Positions 29,832 through 39,366 of a DNA stretch of 64,000 nucleotides are shown piece by piece. Location of the stretch: contig CAVPSB010000018.1 of the NCBI GenBank assembly GCA_963708025.1, positions 224,001 to 288,000 on the forward strand, given 5' to 3'. A program made the translations under genes and the position numbers. The notes under the pieces were generated by a model. It made no database searches. It saw nothing but the letters and a program-made list of their open reading frames with translations, and had not been told where the DNA came from. Each line of letters begins with the position of its first letter. The stretch's first letter is position 1. This stretch comes from an uncultured Candidatus Rokubacteria bacterium (GTDB taxonomy: Bacteria > Methylomirabilota > Methylomirabilia > Rokubacteriales > DASRDR01).

Positions 29832-29872
29832 GTAATTACCGAGTAATTACGCGACACGGAGCGCGTTGTCAA
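29832..29872 (-). promoter_or_regulatory. mazEF promoter with two GTAATTAC palindromes (probable autorepression operator)
   Basis: TTGACA at 29872-29867; GTAATTAC at 29832-29839 and 29843-29850 overlapping the expected -10. Confidence 0.65.
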
Positions 29873-30096
29873 GCAGCGTGCCAGCGTTGCGCGAAAAATC
29901 AGCCGCCGGGAGCGTCTGACCGTCCTCCGAGGCTGAGGACCCCGGACACGGATCGATTTGGTCTCTGGCGTATCCTGCCGCGCACGTGGTCCGACCTCAC
30001 GTCGTCAGAAACTTCGGCCATTTTCTATCGCACCACGTGGCCCGAGGATTGCTACCCGTCACGAGTGTCCCAATTCTCCAACACGAGGAGGCCGAC

Positions 30097-30442
30097 ATGA
30101 GAGGACGGGTTCTGACATGGCTGGTGGCGGGCGTGGTGCTCCTGAGCGTCGGGGTGGCGATGGCCGCGCCGCCCGGCGCCGCCCCGGGCGGCGGCCGGCG
30201 GTCCGGCGGGGGACGGCCTGCGGCTGATGCGCGGGGAGGTGACGAAGGTCAGCGAGGCCAAGGGGACGCTGATGCTCAAGACCGCCGAGGGCGACCTGGA
30301 ACTTCAGCTCCCACCGAGCGCGGTCAAGGGCATCAAGAAGGGCGACCACCTGACGGTGCGGATCGGGGTGCGCTCGGCCGACGGCGGGGGCCAGCGTCAC
30401 GCGGGGCCGGGCGGGGGTTCCTCGAGCACCAAGTCGCCCTAG
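30097..30442 (+). CDS. Small secreted OB-fold-like protein, apparently frameshifted near 30200
   Basis: GGAGG RBS, signal peptide in one frame, MRGEVTKV...TLMLKT...IKKGDHLTV in another. Confidence 0.55.
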
Positions 30443-30449
30443 CGGCCGT

Positions 30450-30480
30450 GATGGGGGGCCGGGCCGCCTGGCCCCCCATC
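30450..30480. terminator. GC-rich hairpin between convergent genes
   Basis: GATGGGGGGCC...GGCCCCCCATC. Confidence 0.5.
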
Positions 30481-30497
30481 CGCCGACCGGCCGATCG

Positions 30498-30953
30498 TCA
30501 GGCCCAGAAGGCCTCGACGGTGGCGGCGTCGTCGGGGTGGAACCAGGCCTCGGTCACGCGGCCGTCCCGGACGTGGTAGACCGCCACCTCGCGACCGGTC
30601 AGTCGCCGGCCGCCGCGCTCGGCCGACCAGTTGACCAGCGCTACCGCGTGGGCGTCGTTGGCCAGCACGTCGTGGAGCTCGAGCCGGCCGGTCCGCGTCC
30701 GCCTCACGGCGGGCACTCGCCTGACGGTCGCCGGACGCGGACGGAAGATCGATGTGCCGCCGGTGAGCGCCATCGCCTGGGTGTGCATGCCCAGGACGGC
30801 GTCGGCGCCACGGAGCCGACCGGTGTACGGCGAGTCGGGGCCCGGCTCGTGCCAGACGATGTCCGCGGCGAGCATCGCGCGCACGGTGTCGAGGTCGCCC
30901 CGCGCCCAGGCGGCGTAGAGGCGGCGAATCAGGGTCTCGCTGGGATGCGGCAT
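30498..30953 (-). CDS. SnoaL-like/NTF2 family protein with in-frame insertion
   Basis: IRRLYAAWARGDLD..ADIVWH..LELHDVLAND..VYHVRDGRVTEAW. Confidence 0.82.
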   Translation of the reverse strand: MPHPSETLIRRLYAAWARGDLDTVRAMLAADIVWHEPGPDSPYTGRLRGADAVLGMHTQAMALTGGTSIFRPRPATVRRVPAVRRTRTGRLELHDVLANDAHAVALVNWSAERGGRRLTGREVAVYHVRDGRVTEAWFHPDDAATVEAFWA

Positions 30954-31011
30954 CCCCGGTATTCTAGGGCGGCCTGTCGTTCCCTCACAACCGCAACCCG
31001 GGGAGGAGCCG

Positions 31012-31533
31012 ATGCGCGTCGAGGAGAAGCTCGCCAGCCTGGGGATGCCGGTGCCGGACCTCGAGGAGGAGTATCGCAGCAACCCGGCCGGCGCCCACTT
31101 CATCTCGCACTTCGCGGTCCAGAACCTCTGCTACTTCTCGGGGACGGTGCCGCTCAAGGACGGCAAGCCGTTCCGGCCCGGGCTCGTGGGGCGGGACCTG
31201 ACGATCGCCGAGGGGGCCGAGGCGGCGCGCTACGCCTTGCTGACCAGCCTGTCCGCCGTCAAGTACGCGCTGGCGGACCTCGACCGGGTCCAGCAGGTCG
31301 TCCAGCTCATCGGCTTCGTCAACTCGGCGCCCGGCTTCTCGGATCAGCCGCGGGTCATCAACGGCGCCGCCGACCTCCTCGTCGAGCTGTACGGCGACCG
31401 GGGCAAGCCCACCCGCGCCGCCATCGGCTGTCAGGGCCTCGCGCTGAACAGCTCGGTGGAGATCATCCTGACCGTGCTCTTCTCGGGGACGGACGTCCGC
31501 CCGCCGCTGGCCCGCGACCGCCACCAGAAGTAG
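31012..31533 (+). CDS. RidA/YjgF family protein
   Basis: GFVNSAPGFSDQPRVINGAADLL..RAAIG..VEI. Confidence 0.9.
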   Translation: MRVEEKLASLGMPVPDLEEEYRSNPAGAHFISHFAVQNLCYFSGTVPLKDGKPFRPGLVGRDLTIAEGAEAARYALLTSLSAVKYALADLDRVQQVVQLIGFVNSAPGFSDQPRVINGAADLLVELYGDRGKPTRAAIGCQGLALNSSVEIILTVLFSGTDVRPPLARDRHQK

Positions 31534-31550
31534 CGGGCCCGGCGGCCGGC

Positions 31551-32603
31551 CTAGATCAAGCCCGCCCACCCCGCGCGGACGCGGGCGACGAGGCGGGCCC
31601 GGGCGGCGTCGTCGAGGAACGTCGCCGCCGCCGCGTGCTCGGACATCGTGGCCAGCTCGCACGGGCTGACCCCGAGGCGGGCGAGGCACAGCTCCATCTC
31701 GTCGAGCAGGTCGGTGCCGAAGAAGGTCGGGTCGTCCGAGTTCAGGGTGACCCGGACGCCGGCGTCGAGCAGGCGGCGGAGCGGGTGGGCCGCGTAGCTC
31801 GCCACGACCCCGGTGCGGACGTTGGACGTGACGCAGACCTCCAGCGGCATCCCGGTCCGGGCGAGCCGCTCCAGCAACGCCGGGTCCTCGACCGCGCGGA
31901 CCCCGTGGCCGATCCGCTCCGGGTCGAGCGTGGCGAGGGCTTCCAGGACCGATGCCGGCCCCGCCGCCTCCCCGGCGTGGACGGCGCGGTGGAAGCCCCG
32001 GCGCGCGGCCTCGGCGTAGACCGCGGCGAACGGGCCGGGGGGGAAGGCCCCCTCGCTCCCGCCCAGCCCGATCCCCACCACGCCCTGACCGCGGTACGGG
32101 GTGATCTCCTCCAGGCGCCGCTCGGCCACCGCCGGGCCGTGATCGCGGATCAGGTCAACGAGGAGGCCGAAGCCGATGCCGGAGGCGGCCGTCGCCCGCT
32201 CGCCGCCGCGCAGGACCGCCTCGAGGACCCCGGCCGTCTCGAGGCCGTTTCTCGCGTAGTCGCCCGGAGACACCGAGGCTTCGACGTGCACCACCCCGCG
32301 GGCCGCCAGGGCCCCCAGCACCGATTCGGCGAGGCTCTCGAAGTCGGCGTAGCGGTCGAGGAAGCCGCACTTCCAGACCCAGGCCCGGATGAAGGCCTCG
32401 AAGGTGTCGAAGGCGAGCCGGGCCGTCAGCTCGTCGAGGCTCGTGAGCGGGGGCGGCGTGCGTCGCCGGACGCGCTCGAGGAGCCACGCCGGGGACATCG
32501 CCCCGTCGAGGTGGAGGTGCAGCTCCACCTTCGGCGCGGCGCGGAGCCGCTCGCAGAGCTCGGGGTCGAGCGGCGAACCGCCGGGCTCCCGGCCGCCGCT
32601 CAC
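31551..32603 (-). CDS. add: Adenosine deaminase
   Basis: PKVELHLHLDG, VHAGE, RIGHG, EVCVTSN, NSDDP. Confidence 0.92.
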   Translation of the reverse strand: MSGGREPGGSPLDPELCERLRAAPKVELHLHLDGAMSPAWLLERVRRRTPPPLTSLDELTARLAFDTFEAFIRAWVWKCGFLDRYADFESLAESVLGALAARGVVHVEASVSPGDYARNGLETAGVLEAVLRGGERATAASGIGFGLLVDLIRDHGPAVAERRLEEITPYRGQGVVGIGLGGSEGAFPPGPFAAVYAEAARRGFHRAVHAGEAAGPASVLEALATLDPERIGHGVRAVEDPALLERLARTGMPLEVCVTSNVRTGVVASYAAHPLRRLLDAGVRVTLNSDDPTFFGTDLLDEMELCLARLGVSPCELATMSEHAAAATFLDDAARARLVARVRAGWAGLI

Positions 32604-33505
32604 CACCGATGCGCCTCCGCCGGCGGCGGTGCCGGGCTCGGCGTGAGGGAGCCGAGGTCCACCTCGGCCCGGACGGAGAGCCCGTCGGTCGGCGCGTCCC
32701 GGATCTGCAGCTTCCCCTCGGTCGTCGCGACCAGCAGTCGCCCGTCGGCCGCCCAGTCGGCCCACTGGATGCCCTCCAGGGGGAGGACCCGGCCGGCCTC
32801 GACGATCGCGTACCGGAGCGGTTTCGGACTCCCGGGCAGGCTGGTGCGGAACGCCGCGAAGTAGCCCCGCACCGTCAGCCGGGTCGTTCCTCCGGACCGC
32901 GGGCGCACCTTCGCCATCGTCACCGCGTCCGCCCGTCGCTCATCCCACGTGTCGCCGGGGGCTCTCGGCGGCGAGTCCGGTGTCTCCGTCCAGCCGCGCC
33001 GGCGCTCGACCGCGAAGGTGGCCGGCCGGGTCACTGCGAGGCCGAAGCGCTTCCGGCACGGGCCGACCTCGCCCGCCTGTGGCGCGCCGACCTGCCAGAC
33101 CTTGCGGTCCTCGACGAAGTGCAGGCCCCGTGTCCACGTCCCGCAGGTCGTCCAGGCGGCCAGCGCGGTGAGCCAGGGCAGCCGGGAGATGGCGACGTAC
33201 GTGGCTCCGACCTCCCAGCGCGCGGATCCCTTCAGGGTGAAGTAGCAGAACCACCGGCCATCCGGCGAGAGGTCGCACCGCTGGGGGTAGAGATTCGCCC
33301 GGATCCAGGCCCCCGGCGCGTAGACGCCTCGCGCGACGTCCCACCGGCCGAGGTGCGACCACCCGGTGGGCCCTCGCCTGAGGACCGCGACGATCGGGGC
33401 GCTCGCCGCCGGGATGCCGAAGACGCGGGGCAGGGCCGCGCCTCGCGCGCCCGGCGACGGGTGGGCTCGCGCGCCACCTACCGGCCGAGGACGTCCCCGA
33501 GCCAC
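32600..33505 (-). CDS. Conserved hypothetical protein (start uncertain)
   Basis: Coding-like ORF (VLRRGP..YPQRCDLSPDG..WADW) coupled to add by GTGA overlap. Confidence 0.65.
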   Translation of the reverse strand: MARGRPRPVGGARAHPSPGARGAALPRVFGIPAASAPIVAVLRRGPTGWSHLGRWDVARGVYAPGAWIRANLYPQRCDLSPDGRWFCYFTLKGSARWEVGATYVAISRLPWLTALAAWTTCGTWTRGLHFVEDRKVWQVGAPQAGEVGPCRKRFGLAVTRPATFAVERRRGWTETPDSPPRAPGDTWDERRADAVTMAKVRPRSGGTTRLTVRGYFAAFRTSLPGSPKPLRYAIVEAGRVLPLEGIQWADWAADGRLLVATTEGKLQIRDAPTDGLSVRAEVDLGSLTPSPAPPPAEAHRW

Positions 33506-34374
33506 CCGTCCATGATCCTGGCCAGCTCGTCCTGGTGCTTGGTGAAGCCGTGGTCGGCGCCCGGGATCTCGACGAGGTCAACCCGGGGCGCACGGGTCGC
33601 GGCCGCCTTCAGACGTCGCCCGACCTCCAGGTCAACCAGGGCGTCGGCGGGCGAGTAGATAAGGAGGACCGGTGTCGAGACCTGCGCGATGTTCCGGTAC
33701 GGGTCGGAGCGCGTCTGCGGCCCGCGGAGGCTGACCAGGTGGTCGGCGGAATAGAGGGCCTTGCCGAGGGGGCCGAGGTCGATCAGCATCAGCTCCTTGC
33801 CCCGGCCCTCGCGCTGCCAGCGCAGCGCCTCGTCGAGGACCTGGGTGGCCCGCTCGCGGCCGAACTGGCGGACGTTCCACTCGAAGGCGTTGCCGGGGCC
33901 GGCCAGCAGCGCGACCGCCCGCACCCGTGGGTCCCGCGTCTCGGCCGCGTAGTGGAGGGCGCTGTTCGTCCCCAGGCTGTGGCCCACCAGCGCGACCGGC
34001 GCGGCGCCGCGGCGCCCCAGCTCGTCGAGCGCCGCCTGCACGTCGAACCGGTTCTCCTCGAAGAGCGTGGTCTTGGGCCCGCCGTCGTGGTCGCGCAGGT
34101 TGACGGCGATCGCCACGAAGCCGCGCTCGGCGAGCCGGGGGGCGAGGGGCCCCTGGGCTCCCGAGTAGAAGTTCGAGCCGTAGCCGTGGACTAGCATCAC
34201 CCCGGCCCGGGGCGCCCGGCCGGCCGGAGCGTACACCAGCCCCACCGTGCCCCGGCCGTCGGCCGTCCCCAGCCGCACGAGCTCGGTCGTGACCGCGCCC
34301 GGCTGCGCGCTCGCGGCCAGCGTGACCAGCGTGACCAGCACCACTACAACCGTCACGGGGCGCAACGAGCGCAT
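33478..34374 (-). CDS. Secreted alpha/beta hydrolase
   Basis: Signal peptide, HGYGS, nucleophile GHSLG, GADH. Confidence 0.88.
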   Translation of the reverse strand: MRSLRPVTVVVVLVTLVTLAASAQPGAVTTELVRLGTADGRGTVGLVYAPAGRAPRAGVMLVHGYGSNFYSGAQGPLAPRLAERGFVAIAVNLRDHDGGPKTTLFEENRFDVQAALDELGRRGAAPVALVGHSLGTNSALHYAAETRDPRVRAVALLAGPGNAFEWNVRQFGRERATQVLDEALRWQREGRGKELMLIDLGPLGKALYSADHLVSLRGPQTRSDPYRNIAQVSTPVLLIYSPADALVDLEVGRRLKAAATRAPRVDLVEIPGADHGFTKHQDELARIMDGWLGDVLGR

Positions 34375-34457
34375 CGAACCTCCAGGGGACGGCGTCGCGT
34401 CCAGCGTAACACGCCGCGCTGGTCTCCCGATCCGGTCCGATCCTTCAGGGCGGGGTT

Positions 34458-34522
34458 TCCTGTCATCGCCGTCGATAACAAGGCCAGCCGCTATTTTCGA
34501 CAACATGGCTTTCCGAAAATAG
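34458..34522 (-). promoter_or_regulatory. Palindromic element CTATTTTCG-N14-CGAAAATAG, copy downstream of hsdM
   Basis: Homologous to the fic upstream region 37141-37206. Confidence 0.65.
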
Positions 34523-34537
34523 AGCCGGGTGGTCGGA

Positions 34538-35968
34538 TCAAATGATCGCGGCCGCTGAAGGCGGAGGACCTGGAGACGGTCCAGCTGCGCTCGCTGTCGG
34601 CGCGGTCGGGCAGGAGCCGGAAGAACTCCTCGAACGGGCGAGCGGTGAGCGGGGCTTCTTGCCGACCTTGACGTCGGACAGGTCGTAGTACCAGATGCGC
34701 TCGGTCGGCTCGCCCTTGGTGAAGAAGAGCAGGTTGGTCTTGACGCCGGCGCCGGCCGCGGTGAACGACGCCGGCCGGGCAGGCTGACGATGCACCACAG
34801 GTCGCACTCGTCCAGCAGCTTGCGCTTGGTCTGGACGAAGGCGTCTCGTTGGTGCGGAAGAGCACGCCCTCGTCGAGCACGATGCCGCACCGGCCGCCCG
34901 GCTTCAGGCTGGTCGATGACGTGCTGCAGGAAGAGCACCTGGGTGGCGCCGGTCTTGTAGGCGAAGCTGGGTCTGGGCGTCCTTGCCCTCCTTGCCGCCG
35001 AAGGGCGGGTTCATCAGGATCACGTCGTACAGCGGCGGGCGCATCCTGCGAACAGGCCGCCGTAGGTCTCCGTCGCCGGTCAGGGTGTTGCCGTGCCAGA
35101 TGTGCGGGCTCGTCGATGCCGTGCAGCACGAGGTTGGCCAGGGCGATGGGGTAGATGAGGTTGTCCTTCTCGCGGCCGTAGAAGGTGCGCTGCTTCAGGG
35201 TCTCCGAGCTGATCGGCGGTGCGATCGGGCGTCGCCCGGGCCCGGCGCATGTGCTCGAAGGCCTGGGCCAGGAAGCCGCCCGTGCCGCAGCCGGGGTCGT
35301 AGACCGTCTCGCCGAGCCGCGGGTCGATCGACCCGGACCATCGCCCGGATGACCTCGCGCGGGGTGAAGAACTGGCCGCCGTCGTTGCCCTTCTCGCCCA
35401 TCTTCAGCAGCAGCCCCTCGTAGACCTGGGAGAGGGTGAAGACGTGCGTGGCGTCCACGGCCTCGGCGCTGATCTCGTGGACCTTGTCGAGCACGTCGCA
35501 GGAAGTTGCGCTCGGTGTCGATGCGCACCCGCTCGACGCCGGACATGATCTCGCTGATGACCTTCTGGCGCGGCGTGGCGTTCGGGCCGCTCGCGCAGGT
35601 CCTCGCAGGTGAGGGCAGCAGCTCGCCGTTGACGAAGCCGAAGAACGCCGCCCAGCGCGCCGTCTGTCGAGCTCGCGCCCGCTTCGGCGCCGCCGGGGGC
35701 GGCCCAGTCCTGCCAGCGGTAGGGGGCTTCCAGCGACGGGCGTGAACTCGGCGCCCACGGCCTCGGCCTCGCTCGGCCTCGCGCCGCCTCGCGCTCGTCG
35801 AGGATGCGCAGGAAGAGGATCCAGGTCAGCTCCGGGACGTACTGCAGCGCGCCGGCGCAGTTGGAGCGGCGCATGATGTCGCAGATCGACCAGATCGCGG
35901 CGTCGAACGGACTGCCGGGTCGTGAGCCGCTTGCCGTTGTCTGCGCTCTTCCGAGACGCGCGGGCCAT
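34538..35968 (-). pseudogene. hsdM: Type I RM methyltransferase subunit, multiply frameshifted
   Basis: Fragments in different frames: MRRSNCAGALQYVPELTWILFL, GQFFTPREVI, DPGCGTGGFL, ILMNPPFGG, VLDEGVLFR, GVKTNLLFF. Confidence 0.88.
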
Positions 35969-37138
35969 CACTGGCCTCTCTCGGGTGCGAGCGGCGTCGG
36001 CTCCTCGAGGATGTCCAGGATTGCCCGCGCGCAGTAGACCCGGTCGCGCTTGGCGTCCGTCGTGCGGCTCAGAATGTCGAGCGACTCCAGCCGGTCAACG
36101 GCTCGCTGTGCCGTGGTGAAGGCAACGCCGAGGCGCTCCGCCACGCGACGGACGGTCCAGTACGGATTCTCCGCGAGCCGGTTCAACCAGTGTCGCGAGA
36201 GGCTTCGAGGGGATTCCCGCGACGCCGAGACGCCACCTGACCAGCAGGTCGTTGATCCGCGTCGCCCGGCTGAGGGCGTCCTCGGCCTGACGCGCCACGC
36301 CGGTCAGGAAGTATTCCAGCCACGCGTCCCACTCGCTCCGCTCGGTCACCCCGCGCAGCCGCTCGTAGTAGTCCTCTCGCGTGGCCTCGAAGAAGGCGCT
36401 CAGGTAGAGGAGCGGCGCCGGCAGCACGCCGCGGGCGACCAGGAACAGGGTGATCAGCAGCCGCCCGACGCGGCCGTTGCCGTCGAGGAAGGGGTGGATG
36501 GCCTCGAACTGGTAGTGGGCCAGCGCGACCTGTGCGAGCGGGGGCAGCGAGCGTGTCGTGGAGGAACTTCTCCCAGGCGCCGAGCGCGGCCATCAGCTCG
36601 ACCGGGGGGCGGCGGGACGTAGGTCGCATCGGCGAGCGTGCAGCCCGGCGGCCCGATCCAGTTCTGGGACCGGCGGAACTCGCCCAGGGGTGGCCTGGTT
36701 GCCGCGTACGCCCTCCATGAGCCGGGCGTGCAGCTCGCGGACGAGCCGCAGCGAGAGCGGCAGCTTGCGAAGCCGCTCGATGCCATGCTCGAGGGCCACG
36801 ACGTAGTTGCCCACTTCGCGGAGATCGGCCGGGCTGCGGGCGACCGCGGCGCCGGCTTCGGCTGCCAGCAGCTCGCCCAGGGTCGCCTGGGTTCCCTCGA
36901 TGCGGCTCGACAGCACCGCCTCGCGCCGGACGAACGGCCGGATCAGCAGATGCGGGTTGGGCAGGCGCCCCCCCTCGCCGGCCAGGCGGCCGACGGCGCG
37001 GTCGGCCTCCGAGAGGAGCCGCATCAGCCGCGCCGACCAGGTGAGCGGCGGGGGGAGGGGGCTGGGCAGGAACGCCGTGTACCCTTCCGAGACACGGACC
37101 AGACGCCCGGCCGGCCGCCCCCGGGCGGTCAACGCCAT
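35968..37138 (-). pseudogene. Fic family protein with C-terminal wHTH, frameshifted
   Basis: AVLSSRIEGTQ inhibitory-type motif, GEFRRSQNWIG, HPFLDGNGRVGR Fic motif, C-terminal TVRRVAERLGVAFTTA. Confidence 0.88.
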
Positions 37139-37170
37139 GGCCTGTTTTCGCCGCCGCTAATAGCACCGGC

Positions 37171-37206
37171 CACTATTTTCGAATCCATGGTAAATCGAAA
37201 ATAGTG
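37171..37206 (-). promoter_or_regulatory. Perfect 12-bp inverted repeat upstream of fic (probable operator)
   Basis: CACTATTTTCGA-N12-TCGAAAATAGTG. Confidence 0.7.
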
Positions 37207-37257
37207 CCACGCCCGCCCGGAGTCAAGCCGACCGGGTCGTTCTCGCGTCGGCCGGCC

Positions 37258-38539
37258 TCAAAGCTCCCCTGAAAACGCCCGGCGCAGCAACGCCGCCGGC
37301 AGGGCCTCCATGGCAGCCAGTTCCTCCGCGACCACCTTGTACATCCGATCGGCCTCGGCGAGCCTCTCCGTCAACGCCGCCGCGATCCGTTTCTGCTCGA
37401 CGAGTGGAGGGACGCACACTTCGAACGCTTGGACCGTTGGCATGTATACCGCCTGATGGATCGCCCCGCTGGACAGTGAGCGGATGTATTGCCTCGAGGC
37501 TCTCAAGAGGAGGGCCAGGAAGTGCGGATCGAGCTCGGGGCCGCAGACCCAGTTGACGAAGTCCTGACTGGTCGCCATCTCGCGGCCCATGATCGTGACG
37601 AAGCCCACCGACGCCGTCCGTGACAGCACCACGGTCCCTGCGGGTAGCACCCGCGCCGCCGAATTGGCGATGCCGGCGTCGTTCGTGTACTCGCGCGTCT
37701 CGAACGCGACCTTGCCGTCGAGCCCGCGGATGTCAGGCAGGGCTATCCAGGGAATGATCCCGCCCCACCACTCCGGGTGGCCTCGGCTTGGAGTGTGGCC
37801 GCTCTCCAGTCGTGCGAGGGTCACGAGGCGTTTCCACGCCCAGCCCCTCGGCGCGCCACCCTTCACCGAGCCGACTCCGAGTGGCGTGATGCCATGAAAG
37901 GCGCTCCGCAAGTACGATGGCCCGAGGGAACCGGCCGCTTCGAGTCGCGCGACCGCTGCCGCGCGCGCCCGCGCGACCGCTGCCGTCTCGTTGCTCAACC
38001 GCCCCACGACTTTTCGTTGCTCATCGAGTGGGCCAATTGGTAGACGAATGTTTGCGAGGTTCCGTTGGTTGATCTTGTAGATACCGGCAGATGTCTTGGC
38101 GATCGCTTCGATCGCCAAACGTACCTCGCTGCGATCCCAGATCAAACGGAGATATCGTGAATCGACGACATCGGGATTCGGGATTACTTGGATCAAGAGG
38201 TCTGGGTATAGTACGGGCGCGCCGATCTCTGGTGGGGCGAGGCCGCCTCGGCCTACAAGTGAGCGATTTCCATTTCCCCGAATGACATAGAATGCACCTG
38301 GTCTGACCCAATTGCCTTCTGCCTCATGCTCACTGACGTTGAACGGGCTTGCAACTTCCTACATCCAGATGGCCGTCTCTGACAGCGGACAGAGTAAGGC
38401 ATCGTATCGACCCGGTAGGTAACGCGGTCTTGGAGATACCGGTCTTCAGCGGCTCCAGGAGGAGATCGCTGAGCCGAAGCGATACCCATCCTTTTTGGAG
38501 ATCGACCGACCCGGAACTTCCGGTAGTCGGTTTGTGCAT
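37258..38539 (-). CDS. hsdS: Type I RM specificity subunit (one +1 frameshift near 38343)
   Basis: Two TRDs, PLDEQRKVV and PPLVEQKRIA conserved helices, ends LLRRAFSGEL; N-terminal 69-aa ORF joins frame NVSEHEA...IRGNGNRSLVGR. Confidence 0.88.
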
Positions 38540-39366
38540 CAGAACTGGAGCCTCTTGATGCTCGGTGTTCCCGGCACATAGACCACGGCGTTCTCCAGTT
38601 TTCTGAAGAGAAATGAGATGAGGGCCAGGACGTCGAGCGCATCCTCGCGAGACGTTGGCCAGTTAAGTTCCGGTTCATGGGCTTGAGGGTTACGGACCGC
38701 ATTCATGAGTCCCATGCAGAGAAACATGATTCCTTGCTGCTCGTCCTTTTCGCTCTGCGACGTTTGGCTATTCAGCTTTACCGGTCCACCTAGGCTCAAA
38801 GCTTCGCTCATCAATGCCTGACCGCTCTTCGGGATCTGCGTAACATCTCGCACGGCGGTATCGAGGGCCTTGCAGCATTCGAAGACGGCGTGGAAGTAGG
38901 CCCGCCTGCTAAAGTGAGTCCGGCCATGGCGAACGACCTCGGGGTGAAACGCGCGTATGTCGAAGGCCACTTCATCGGGTGATTTGGTCTGCCGGACGGT
39001 TGTAGCCGAGACTCCTGTGTTGATCAGATTGCCGTCCTCGCTAATCCGCAATCCGTAGAATTCGAGGACCGAGTTGACAGCACTCAGTAGCCGCTCGAAC
39101 TCCTCTGGTCTGCCAATCCAGCCCTGGGGATTGCACGCTGTCTTGAGTACTTGTAGGACTCCGTTTGGGCTTCCTGCCGATCGAGCCTGAAGTTGTTGGA
39201 AGGCGGCTGCTACAAAGCGCCACTTTGTTCCACCGTCATGAACAATGTCGGGGTACCCGCTACGCTTGAAGAGTCTGGTGATCTCACTCCCCGAGCAGTT
39301 GTCGCCGACGATCTGTGCAAGGGCTTCAATCGCCTCAGCCCTAAACGGTTGCAGGTCGGTGCTCAC
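38539..39366 (-). CDS. TIGR02391-like protein (putative HEPN-type Rx4H domain with AbiJ-like N-terminal domain)
   Basis: FHPEVV..YFHAVFECCK..SEKDEQQG..VRNPQAHE..DALDVLALISFL; GTGA/TGATG coupling to hsdR and hsdS; low GC. Confidence 0.82.
   Translation of the reverse strand: MSTDLQPFRAEAIEALAQIVGDNCSGSEITRLFKRSGYPDIVHDGGTKWRFVAAAFQQLQARSAGSPNGVLQVLKTACNPQGWIGRPEEFERLLSAVNSVLEFYGLRISEDGNLINTGVSATTVRQTKSPDEVAFDIRAFHPEVVRHGRTHFSRRAYFHAVFECCKALDTAVRDVTQIPKSGQALMSEALSLGGPVKLNSQTSQSEKDEQQGIMFLCMGLMNAVRNPQAHEPELNWPTSREDALDVLALISFLFRKLENAVVYVPGTPSIKRLQF

Noticed and set aside
33478-34938. Apparent HsdM-hydrolase fusion ORF (486 aa)
   Set aside because: Chance read-through from a frameshifted hsdM fragment; the hydrolase has its own RBS, ATG (34374) and signal peptide.
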